From Okamejei kenojei (lineage: Eukaryota): a stretch of DNA of 64,000 nucleotides. The stretch covers positions 18,166,001-18,230,000 of the forward strand of contig CM069167.1 in NCBI GenBank assembly GCA_035221665.1, written 5' to 3'. Under the pieces are notes generated by a model. The model made no database searches, was not told where the DNA came from, and was given only the letters and a program-made list of their open reading frames with translations. The translations under genes were made by a program, and so were the position numbers. Of this stretch, positions 38,564 through 48,945 are shown piece after piece (within the stretch, counting starts at the first letter, position 1; every line of letters begins with the position of its first letter).

Positions 38564-39084
38564 CAGTGTGCAGGGAGTGGATGAGAAAATGGGGATAATC
38601 AGAAACTAGTGAGAACAGGTGGTGATGGTCAGCGTGGACTCGGTGGGCCGAAAGGGCTGTTTCAATCTGTATCTCCGAAACTAAAATGGTGACCACAAAC
38701 AAACAGACACTCCACAACCTCTTGCGCACCTCCAGCCACCGTCGCACCAAAACATACATTCAAAGATTTCCAGGGACAGTAAAGCACACAACTGATTCAC
38801 TTCAAACCACATTTGCCACACAGGTCTTCAACCAGTCCACCACCATCTCTTCACTGCACTTAAACAGAGGTCAACTCAGGAAGGAAGTTGAAATAAATCA
38901 AATCAGACAACTTCAAGAGAATTAAAAAACTTAACATCATTAGTAGAAACAATGAACTGCAGATGCTGGTTTATACCAAAGATATAAAGCGCTGGAGTAA
39001 CTCAGGTCAGGAAGCATCTCTGGAGAAAAAGGTTGGATAATGTTTTAGGTCAGGATCATTCTGCGAGCCATCAATAATTGTGCA

Positions 39085-39610
39085 ATCTGATGGAAAGACA
39101 TTCGTTGCACGCATTTCTAATTTCCTGTTTGATGCCATCCCCAACTCCACTACTACTGTTAGGTGGCCTGTACACAACACCCACTAGCGTTTTCTGCCCC
39201 TTAGTGTTTCGCAGCTCCACCCATATCGATTCCACATCCTCCAAGCTAATGTCATTCCTTTCTATTGCGTTAATCTCCTCTCTAACTAGCAACACTACCC
39301 CACCTCCTTTTCCTCTCTGTCTATCCTTCCTGAATATTGAATATCCCTGGATTGTTCACCCCAGCCTTGGTCACCCTGGAGCCCATGTCTCCGTGATCCC
39401 AACTATACTTTCATAATTATTAATAGCTATCTGCACATTCAACTCATCCACTTATTACGAAATCTTTCTCGCATTGTGACACAAAGCCTTCAGGCTCTTG
39501 TTTTTACAACAACACTCTTGGCCCTTTTACTAATCTCTTATGTTGACAAAGTGGCCCTTTTAGATTTTTGCCCTGGATTTCTTTTCCTGCCATAACTTTT
39601 CACCTCGCTA
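39085..39610 (-). mobile_element. CR1 ORF2 N-terminal (APE) fragment
   Basis: VESIWVELRNTKGQKTLVGVVYRPPNSS. Confidence 0.85.
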
Positions 39611-40509
39611 CCTATTGCTCCTATCCTCATCATTTACACAACCCTCTGGGGGGGGGGGGGGCTCTCTGCTCAAACATTTAAGAAACCCTCCACTTCATTA
39701 TTCCATGTTACCCCTGTCTAACTGCACCTTAATGTTGTGGATAGTCCCTGTCTCAGCTAACCCCTCTAGCAGCTTTGTTCCAAACACCACAACCCTTTGT
39801 GTGAAAAAGTTACCCTTCAGATTCCTTTTAAATTATTTCCCCTTCAACCTTAAACCTATGGGAGTTAATTTAAGGATTAATCATCTTAACCTGGTAAATT
39901 TTTCCAAACAGGTTGTTTAAAGAATTAGTGAACATTTATACTCAGCTATTTCCCATCTAAAATTAGGAAAGGATTTCCACCTTCTCCACCTGTGGCACTC
40001 CTGAAACGGCTGTGAATAGTTCTCGTTTTTCATTCTTTACTGGACAACATGCTGGAGGAACTCTGCTCGACAGACCGGCATCTTTTAACACCCCAAACCG
40101 TATCCATCTGTTACTCCCTCTCTGCCTCTGTACTGCTTTCTCGAGCTTATCTGTTTATGGAGAGCAGTTCTGTCACCCTGTGTGGACTGGGAAGGGGAGA
40201 GTGGTGAGGGGGTGAGAGGAAGAGGGCAGTTCTGGTCATCGTTTTGAGGATGGGTGGGGGTGGGGAAGAGTGTATGGGGAAGGGAGATGGGGAGTGGTGA
40301 GCGGGGAAAAGAACAGTTCTGGTCGCCCCGTTACAGGAACCACACGGCGGGGTAGGAAGCCAGAGTTCTGGAAGAGTGGTGAGGGCGGCAGAGCAGAGTC
40401 TACAGAGTCACCCTATAGAGTAGTAGAGGCGAGAGGAGGAGGGCGTTGAGGGACAGGACCTGGTCCCCCCCCCAGAGGGAGAGCGATGGGGGGGGGCGGC
40501 GTGGTGATG

Positions 40510-40830
40510 ATGGGGGGTGTGGGGTGAGGGGGTGTAATGGCCAGAGTGAGATGGGGGAGTGTGGGGTGAGGGGGGAGTAATGGAGAGTGAGATGGGGCAC
40601 AGTGTGGGGGGAGGGGGGAGTAATGGTAGAGTGAGATGGGGAGTGTGGGGTCGAGGGGGAGTAATGGAGAGTGAGATGGCGGGTTGTGGGGTGAGGGGGG
40701 AGTAATGGAGAAAGTGAGATGGGGAGTGTGGGGTGAGGGGGAGTAATGGAGAGTGAGATGGGGGGTGCGTGGGAGTGATAGGGGGGAGTAATGGAGAGTG
40801 AGTGAGATGGGGGGTGAGGGGGTAATTCTG
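40510..40830. repeat. G-rich ~39-bp minisatellite (ggggagtaatggagagtgagatggggagtgtggggtgagg)
   Basis: About 8 visible tandem units. Confidence 0.9.
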
Positions 40831-41110
40831 GTCCCCCCCCCGGGTACAGGGGCCGTTCCGGCGGGAGAGGAAAGGGAAACCAAAACGTCCGTCGACGACC
40901 CGCTCCCGCGCCGCCCAAACCCAAACATCGCGAGAAGTGAAGACGTGCTGGCGGGAATGGCGCCGGTTCCAGGGTGAAGCCGGACTGGGCCCCGTCCGTG
41001 CCGGGGAGCAGCTGCATCTCACACTCACCTGTCTGCGAGGCCGCCGCCGCCTCAGCTGCAATGTTGCCCCAGTGCGTTCTGGACAAGTGTTTGGGCGGCA
41101 AAGCCCGTCC
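40830..41110 (-). promoter_or_regulatory. CpG island with a probable 5' non-coding exon on the - strand
   Basis: CpG-rich; - strand reads ggcggcggcggcctcgcagacag|gtgagt (donor at ~41028); tcgcgaga motif at ~40928. Confidence 0.5.
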
Positions 41111-42429
41111 CTCACGCTTGGTTCAGAGGGACAGAGTTGTGGCTCCTCTCACTGTTTAAGGAGCGAGGTTTGAAGCCAGTGATGGAAGTGCAGACACAGA
41201 CACGCTCTGAGTGTGGGCTTGATGCTGCACAGAATGCAGCCGCTCTTCAAACAGTTCCCCTGCAGCCAACTGTGAGTGAGGCCGATGGGCTTTGGGACCA
41301 AAATGGCATGTGGCCACATCCCAAGGAGTTTAAAATCTGTCATCATTTTACCCCAATCTCCAGACGTGACCACTGTTTTACAAGTGGTCACAACCTACAC
41401 GCGCTTGCTTCGAATGAGCTGCCAGGAAACTTCAACTTGGGGAAGAGAGAAAGTGGGAGAGAGCGAGAGAGACTTGACTGAGGACCGTGATGTGGGCGGC
41501 GCCGGGACCCTCGAGTTTCTCCACACCAGCCGTCGCCGACAGCACACAATGATGTACAGAAGGAAGCGTCAGGTTTGCGCCTTTATCAGTACTTTACTGT
41601 GGTAAAGATAGTTGTTTGTTGCCCAGAATGTTATTTCCTTATTCATTAATCCCATTCCTCGAAACGGTTTTTATTGCATCGCAGGTTGTAAGTTTATGTT
41701 GGAGCAGCAGCCATTTAATTCCAAACAAGAAGCAAAATTCAGAATTGTTGTTCTCATGTACATTGGAAACTATAATCATTTTGGAATTTAAAAGGACAGC
41801 TTTACAAAACAGGCCAGGGTGTCTACTGAGACAATTGGGTGTTTATTGACCTACAGCAAACCCGAAATCTTCAGCTGAAGATATTTCACACTGTTGTAAT
41901 AGAGATGAAGGGATATCCCCGAGGGTGTCCTCGGTGTAAACCAGCATCTGCAGTTCTTCCTACACACATGGCCATGGGGATATTTGTATGCCTGTCAATA
42001 ATTGGGGTATTTGTGTACTCGGGAGTCAGCCCTCACAACAGTAATGTGTGTAAGAAGGGACTGCAGATGCTGGTTTAAACCGAGGATAGACACAAAAGCT
42101 GGAGTAATTCAGCGGGACAGGCAGCATCTTTGGAGAGAAGGAAGGGGGTTGACGTTTTGGGTCGAGAGACCCTTCTTCAGATTGGGAAGCTTTTAGACCC
42201 TGCCTTTGAATCACTGTCCCAGTAAAGGAGTTTGAATAATCAGAGGTGTCTTGGCAGCTACAATATGTCCCCATTGTGATTCTCCAACGTCTACTTGTCT
42301 TGCACTGAGTAGATAATTATCAGGAAATCATTTTAGCACTTGATAATTAATTGATTATTGTGTAGGAAAGAACTGCAGATGCTGGTTTAAATCAAAGGGA
42401 AACACAATGCGGGGAATAACTAGCGGGTC

Positions 42430-44640
42430 GAAGGGAGACACAGAATGCTGGAGTAACTCAGTGGGTCAGGCAGCATCTCTGGGAGAGGTAATAGGTGACG
42501 TTTTGGGTGAGACCTCTCAGACCCTTCATTGATTGTATCAGGGGGAGGGGGCGTGACAAAGATAGATGTAGTTGGAGACATTGGTGGGGAGAACTGGGAA
42601 CTGGGGAGGGGATGGAGAGGGAAAGCAAGGGCAATCTGAAGTTAGAGAAGTTACTAAGTTTTAAGAAGGAACTGCAGATGCTGGAGAATCGAGGGTACAC
42701 AAAAAGCTGGAGAAACTCAGCGGGTGCAGCAGCATCTAAGGAGCGAAGGAGATAGGCGACGTTTCGGGTCGAGACCCTTCTTCAGACTGGTCAGGGATCA
42801 GGGAAACGAGAGATATAGACGGTGATGTGGAGAGATAAGGACCAATGAATTAAAGATATGCAAAAAAGTATCAATGATAAAGGGAACAAGCCTGAAAGGA
42901 ACTCCTGACCGACATCCACTACAACCTACTGACTCACAGCTACCTGGATACTCTTCCTCCCACCCTGCTTCCTGTAAGGACTCCATCCCCTATTCCCAAT
43001 TTCCTCCGTCTACGCGCATCTGATCCAGGATGAGGTGTTCCACACCAGGTCATCACAAATGGCCTCATTCTTCAGAGAACGGGGGATTCCCCTCCCCCCA
43101 CTATTGATGTGGCTCGCACCAGGGTCTCCTCCATACCCCGCAACACTGCCCTCGCTCCCCATTCCCCACTCGCAAACAGGGCAGAGTCCCCTGGTCCTCA
43201 CCTTTCACCCACCAGCCGGCAAATACAACATATAGTCCTCCGCAGTTTCGCACCTCCAAAGTGACCCCTCCACCCGCACATCTTCCCATCTCCCCCCCCT
43301 GTCTGCCTTCCGCAAAGACCACTCCCTCCGCAACTCCCTTGTCAATTCTTCCCTCCCCTCCCACTCTACCCTTCCCGGGCACTTTCCCTTGCAACCGCAA
43401 GAAATGCAACACTTGTCCCTTCACCTCCCCTCCACACCTTTCAGGGACCCAAGCAGTCCTTCCAGGTCCGACAGAGGTTCACCTGCACCTCCTCCAACCT
43501 CATCTACTGCATGCCGCTGCTCCAGATACCAGTATGATCTATATCGGTGGACCAAGCGGAGGCTTGGCGATCGCTTCGCCGAACACCTCCGCTCGGTCCG
43601 CAATAACCAACCCGACCTCCCGGTGGTCAGCACTTCAACTCCCCCTCCCATTCCACATCCGACCTCTCGGTCCTGGGCCTCCTCCACGGCCAGAGTGAGC
43701 AACCGAAGCTGAGGAACAGCACCTCATATTCCGCTTGGGGAGTGCATCCTTTGGGCTTGAACATTGAATTTTCTCAATTCTGTTAACGCTTGCTGTCTCC
43801 TCCCCTTCCCACTCTCCCTCAGCCCTCGGGCCCTGGCATTCCCTCTATCTCTATCTCCCTCCCCCCCCAGTCGCACCAGCTTCTCTTTCACAACAAACAG
43901 CTTACAATGGCTTGTTCCCTTTATCATTGATTACTTTTTTGCATATCTTTTTTTCATTGTTACCTTATCTCTCAACATCACCGTCTATATCTCTCGTTTC
44001 GCTGATCCCTGACCAGTTGAAGAAGGGTCTCGACCCGAAACGTCGCCTATCTCTTCGCTCCTTAGATGCTGCTGAACCCGCTGAGATTCTCCAGTTTTTT
44101 GTGTACCCTTAGAGAAGTTCTGTTCACACCACTGGGGTGTAACACCCAAGCTAAAATATGAGGTGCTCTTCTCCAATTTGCACTGGGCCTCACTCTGACA
44201 ATGGAGGAGACCAGGACAGAAACATCAGATTGGGAATGGGAGGGGTATTGAAGTGCTGAACCACCGGGAGATCAGGTATGTTAAGACAGACTGAGTGGAG
44301 GTGTTCAGCGAAACGATTGCCGAGCCTGTGCTTGGTCTTGGCCGATGTAGTGAAGTTGACACCTGGAACAGTGGACACAGTAGATGAGGTTGGAGGAAGT
44401 GCAAGTGAACCTCTGGCCTCACCTGGAAAGGCTGTTTGTGTCCTTGGATGGAGTCGAGGGGGGAAGTAAGGGACAGGTGTTTGCATCTCCTGCAGTTGAA
44501 GGGAACGTACCAGGGGAGGCGGTGGTTTGGGTGGGGAAGGGACGAGTTGAGACCCCCAGGGAGTTCCATCAGAGGGAATAGGTCTCTCAGGAAAGCAGAA
44601 AGGGGAGGAGATGGGAAGAATGTGGCCAGTAGTGGGATCC
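42430..44640. mobile_element. Nested Penelope-like elements: a + copy (~42655-44108) with inverted terminal tails inside a - copy
   Basis: GIY-YIG remnants (YIG..KRRLGDRFAEHLRSV; KHRLGNRFAEHLHSV); tails at 42690-42890 and 43900-44108 are inverted; ttagagaagtt duplicated on both flanks. Confidence 0.85.
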
Positions 44641-45266
44641 CGTTCATTGTTTATTGTTGTCTCTGTGTTTTAAAGCCAATATAAATGTGATGTACTTTTG
44701 ACTTTGGGAGATTCTACCGAGAGAGTGTTCATTAGAATGTGTGTTTCTCTTTTACATTCAACCAGCTTCAGCCACTGAGTGACTCTGTTCAAAGGGCACA
44801 ACAAAAAGCTGATTAGTTAAATTTCTTCAGCAGTAGTTGAAACTCTATGCCTACGTGGTTAAGATTTTATGTTCCAAAAATAATTGATTCATTTGAGGGA
44901 GAGCAGGAACATTGGAGAGGTAGTGAAAGATACCCAAGATGGATTTTGAACTTTAAATAATGAAGGTAGTTTGCTAAACAGCGGTGTGTTGTGGGGATTC
45001 TCTGAAACGGATGTCAACCGATTCAACAATTTGACCATTCAGCATTTAAATTAGTATATCTTCAGTAAGCCTGCGACTCTATCCCAATCTACATACAAAG
45101 TTAGTTATGTTTATAAAACTAGCTGTTCTTCTTGGTCAAAACACAAGGTTAAATCAAGCACTGAGCTAGTCTTGAATGAAAAGTTTATCTTCTCTGGACC
45201 ACTCGTGACCATTATTTATTGGGTGCTTCTAATTGTGCCTCAGCATTTTCCCAAACATTGAACGCC

Positions 45267-45478
45267 CTGCAGCGGCTGAGAGGCTCCAGTCCCTGGGGTC
45301 CGGGATCATCGCAGCGGCCGATGGGGCCCAGCTCCGGGCGACCGGGAGCAGTGAATCAGCCGCCGTACCCAACTACAGGAGACAGAGAAAGCGGCACACC
45401 GAGATTGGGGGTGGAACGAGTAGGCCCCCCCACCCCAACGACATCTTCGGTTACGCCGCAGGAAAACCCACCTTGTTG
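45267..45478 (+). mobile_element. Keno-like ORF1 C-terminal fragment (second copy)
   Basis: AAERLQSLGSGII...NYRRQRKRH, similar to 24840-25130. Confidence 0.8.
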
Positions 45479-46018
45479 AGGATGCCGGCACCAATTCACA
45501 AGAACTGATCCTGAGCCTATAGAACATTGGAAAATTATCACCAATGCATCCACGATTTCTTGAGCCACTTCCTTAAGTACCCTGGGATGCTGAACACCGG
45601 GCCCTGGGGATTCATCAGCCTTCAGTCCCATCAGGTCTATCCAAACTCCATTTCCTGCCTAATGTGGATTTCCTTCAGTTCTTCTGTCACCCAGACTATA
45701 CTACTATATCACTACTTACTATATCAGGAAGATTGTTTGTGTCCTCCTTAGTGAAGACAGATCCAAAGTACCTGTTCAACTCATCTGCCACTTCCTTGTT
45801 GAATGCTTTCACCGAGGATCTAGTGGGAGGGAGGAACTGAAGGGAATCCACCTCCTGAGAAAGTAGGGAGGGAGAGAAAAAACGGGGAATTATAGACCAG
45901 TTAGCCTTACATCCGAAGTGGGGAAGGTGCTTGAGATCATTAATAAAGATTTAATAGCAGCGCATTTGGTAAGCAGCGACAGGATCGGTCTAAGTCAGTA
46001 CGGATTTATGATGGGGAA

Positions 46019-46768
46019 TGTTGTGTATGAGATTATGATTAGCATATTGGAATGTCTTGCGCAATTGTACGCATGCGCACAGAGACTCAAGATGGCGGAG
46101 TTCAACACCAGGATATTGTTAAGTACCTGTGTGTTCCGAGTCTTATTTAAGTCCTTTTCCAGCACCAATACATAACAATTTGGCGACGAGGATGGCGATT
46201 CCGTTAGCGGAACAGAATTGTTGTTGTTTTGAGGCTTTTCTCAAGATGGACAGAAAGTGAAAGACACGTATGTTTTTGGCACGCAAAAAGTTGGAACGGG
46301 AACGCACGATCGCCAGGCAACAAGCAGTGCTGTGGCGGGGCTGCGCAGCTAGAAGTAGCAGCCTAGCAAGCTGAACAACCGACGGTGGTTGCTTACCTTA
46401 AACGCTTTCCAGTGCCATGCAGCCCACGGCCAAGTCCAGAAACCGCCACCGACGTCGAGTGAGTGTCCAGTGCCGTGCAGCCCACGGCCGAACCACCACC
46501 AACGACGAGAAGCCGAGTCTCCGAGTGCCAGCGCCGGTGATAACGGGGGGACACATCGGTAAGCGGTGCAGCCCGTGAAGCCAGCGACGCCAGCCCGTGA
46601 GGACAGCCCGAGAAGTCACCGATGCACCGGAGTCCAGAGACAGTCAAGTTGGACCGGTTAATTAATCGTAACAAAAGCTGGACTTTACGAATTAAATGTA
46701 TTGTTCATTGATAACAATAATTAAGAGGATATATGAACAAAGTCCGTTTCCAGCACCAGTACATAACA
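46019..46768 (+). mobile_element. Internally deleted Gypsy-type LTR element inserted in CR1 (paralog 60880-61639)
   Basis: TG...CA LTR 46019-46177; PBS tggcgacgagg at 46181; 3' end repeats tccagcaccagtacataaca; GGAAA-type 5-bp TSD. Confidence 0.8.
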
Positions 46769-46908
46769 GGAAATCATGCTTGAATTTTTTTTCTGGAATA
46801 ATCTTCTGGAATTTTTTGAGGAAGTGCAATGGATAAGGGAGAACCAGTGGATGTGGTATATCTGGACTTCCAAAAAGCCTTTGACAAGGTCCCATTCAAG
46901 AGATTTTA

Positions 46909-48045
46909 TTTCGGAGTCACGTGAGTGACTACGTGAGGTCCCCGCCAGCACGCATGCGCGACATATCGTCTACCGCATTGCGCATCGACAGGGTGTGGAA
47001 GCGCTGCTCCATCAGCGGTAAGTTTGAATCCTGAAGGTACGTTTTTTCAGCTTAACTCCAGGTCTACCTTTCTCTTGCAAGAAGCTCTGATTCAAGAGTT
47101 CCTGTGGAGTTATCACGGATTCCCCTACACTGCGGGGAAATCCCTGGGGGGGGGGGGGGGGGACACCACCACAGGACTTCGCGGGGAATTCCGTCTCCAG
47201 GGACAGTGTTGGGAATCCCGCCCGCGGGGACCGCGGGAAGATTCTCCACGGGATGAACCCGGCTGCGTGGACCGTGGGGAGTAGCCAAACCAGGGGGTGA
47301 ACCCGACTGCAGGGACCACGGGAAGGCAAACTGCGGGGTGAACCCGGCTCGGGGAAATCCGACCGCGGGGGCCGCGTGTTAAAACACAAGCTGCGGGATG
47401 AACCCGGCTGCGGGGACCGCAGGAAGACAAACCGCGGCATGAACCCGGCTCGGGGAAACCCGGCCGCAGGTACCGCGTGAGGCCTGCGGCGAGGGGACCG
47501 TGTGAAGACACGGCTGCGGACTGCAGAAGTGCCGATAGCCGGCGGCATTTTTTCAGACTCCAGCGGCAATAGAGTCTGAAAGACCTGGGCAGGCCAGGAG
47601 GGTCCCCTCCAACATGGGAATGTCCTCGGCCGTTTATCCATGAGGAGCATGGATAGCGTCAGAGAGCGCTCATCCCACCAATGCTCCCTCCTGATATGAT
47701 CCATGTATGGCATATCAGTAGAGATATACCGCCGACGGTAAGCCCAGGAGACCTTTCAGGGTTCCGGGCTGCGAATATATCGCGGCGGACGAACCCGTAA
47801 ACTCGGAGGGTCGGGGGGCTCTAAGGTGCACGCCTGTGGAGGGAATTTCCGCAGACGGATAAACCCGGGAGACCCAGGCTGGAAGGTCACCGTCTTCGTA
47901 TACCGCATGAAGCGAAAGAATGACTCGGAAGTATGTCCAGGGAACGTACTGGAGTACAAGCGTGAGGTTCCAAAAATTCTGGCATGGCATCAAGACCTTC
48001 GCTAACGAAAGAAACCTGAAGGCCAGAGTTCCCTCATGAAGGAGC
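46909..48045 (+). mobile_element. DIRS-type retrotransposon 5'/ORF1 fragment with an internal ~35-bp GC-rich tandem repeat
   Basis: Colinear with the start of the DIRS at 61775; gaacccggct/ccgcggg repeat at 47220-47480. Confidence 0.7.
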
Positions 48046-48050
48046 ACCAC

Positions 48051-48755
48051 GGATGCGACGGGGCACAATGTACAACTCAGCAGACAACGGGGGTAAAAGC
48101 GTGCCCCGGGACGGTGCTGCTATGGAGAGGAGACGTTTGCCCACTTCTTTACAGGAGTGTGGGTTTGCTAAAAGAGTCTGGAGGAAAAAATTGCAAGGGT
48201 CCCTGAGATACACTTTATCACTCCGAACCCCCCCCCCCAGCTCCGTCACAAGAGGACTCGATGATTTACGGACTGTTCCAGGGACACATTCAGAGGCTGA
48301 ATCGCGTGCTGCTAGAGGGTCATCAACTCGGGTTAAAGACGCCCTTTGGTCTGCTCGTGCATTGTTCACCACCCAGCAGAGCGAGATGTCCGTCGGGGAA
48401 TGTTGCCGACTGGCCCGCTGCAGACTGCAGGAGTACGTGCTGAGGGACGCACTGATAGCTCGGTGCAGCCAAGCCAAAGCTCGGTGGGGGAAGGCAACGG
48501 TCTAAGGTCCTTCCGCTGCTGGACATGGGGGGTACGGTATGGTGGAGACGCCCCTCAAGAAGGTATCCCACGCCATTGTGGCACGAGTTTATAGGGGGGA
48601 CTGATTTGTGGTAATTTTGGTGGGGAAAAGAAATGTTCTCAACTGTATTGATCTATTGGACAGCCTCCGGAAAAATGTCGGATGGATTTTCCGCAAGGTT
48701 CCTTGTATTGATATATTGGTCATTGATAATAAAGTATATTTTGAAATTTAAAAAA
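48051..48755 (+). mobile_element. Keno-like 3' end (second copy) inserted in a U2 gene
   Basis: Similar to 29495-30567 (MY.S.D.GGKSVP; VKDALWSAR; CCRLARCRLQEYVLRDAL); AATAAA and A-tail directly abut U2 nt ~36. Confidence 0.92.
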
Positions 48756-48910
48756 GTATCTGTTTTATAGTTTAATATCTGATGGGTCCCTTATTAGATA
48801 AGGACCATATATTAAATTGATTTTTGGAACAGGGAGATGGAATAGGGGCTTGCTCCGCCACTCCACGCATCGACCCAGTATTGCAGTGCCTCTGGGTAAC
48901 GGTGCACCTC
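48756..48910 (+). ncRNA. RNU2: U2 snRNA gene, 3' part (nt ~36 to end), disrupted by the Keno insertion
   Basis: gtatctg..tttaatatctgat; Sm site AUUUUUG at 48820-48826; stem III ggagatggaatagg.gcttgctcc; stem IV loop tattgcagt; ends ggtgcacc. Confidence 0.95.
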
Positions 48911-48930
48911 CCTTTTGGGAGATTTTCAAA

Positions 48931-48945
48931 GTTTAAAAGAAAAGA
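48931..48945 (+). promoter_or_regulatory. snRNA 3' box (Integrator processing signal)
   Basis: gtttaaaagaaaaga fits GTTTN0-3AAARNNAGA, ~20 nt after the U2 3' end. Confidence 0.7.

Larger units (their letters stand above)
34011..38686 (+). mobile_element. tRNA-derived SINE split into three pieces by two DNA transposons
   Basis: Head 34011-34139, middle ~36500-36578 and tail 38564-38686 are colinear with the intact SINE at 1891-2198. Confidence 0.75.
45491..48045 (+). repeat. Duplicated block, paralog at 60179-62225: inverted CR1 junction, Gypsy relic, CR1, DIRS 5' part
   Basis: Identical chimeric junctions in both copies (ccttgttg(a)atgctttcaccgagg; LTR inserted at ggaaa; cccattcaagagattt..tcgg.gtcacgtgagtgactacgtga). 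Confidence 0.9.

Noticed and set aside
40400-41115. 233/235/171-aa Pro/His-rich ORFs
   Set aside because: Translations of the G-rich minisatellite plus the CpG island
47012-47713. 233-aa minus-strand ORF
   Set aside because: Antisense of the GC-rich tandem repeat in the DIRS fragment
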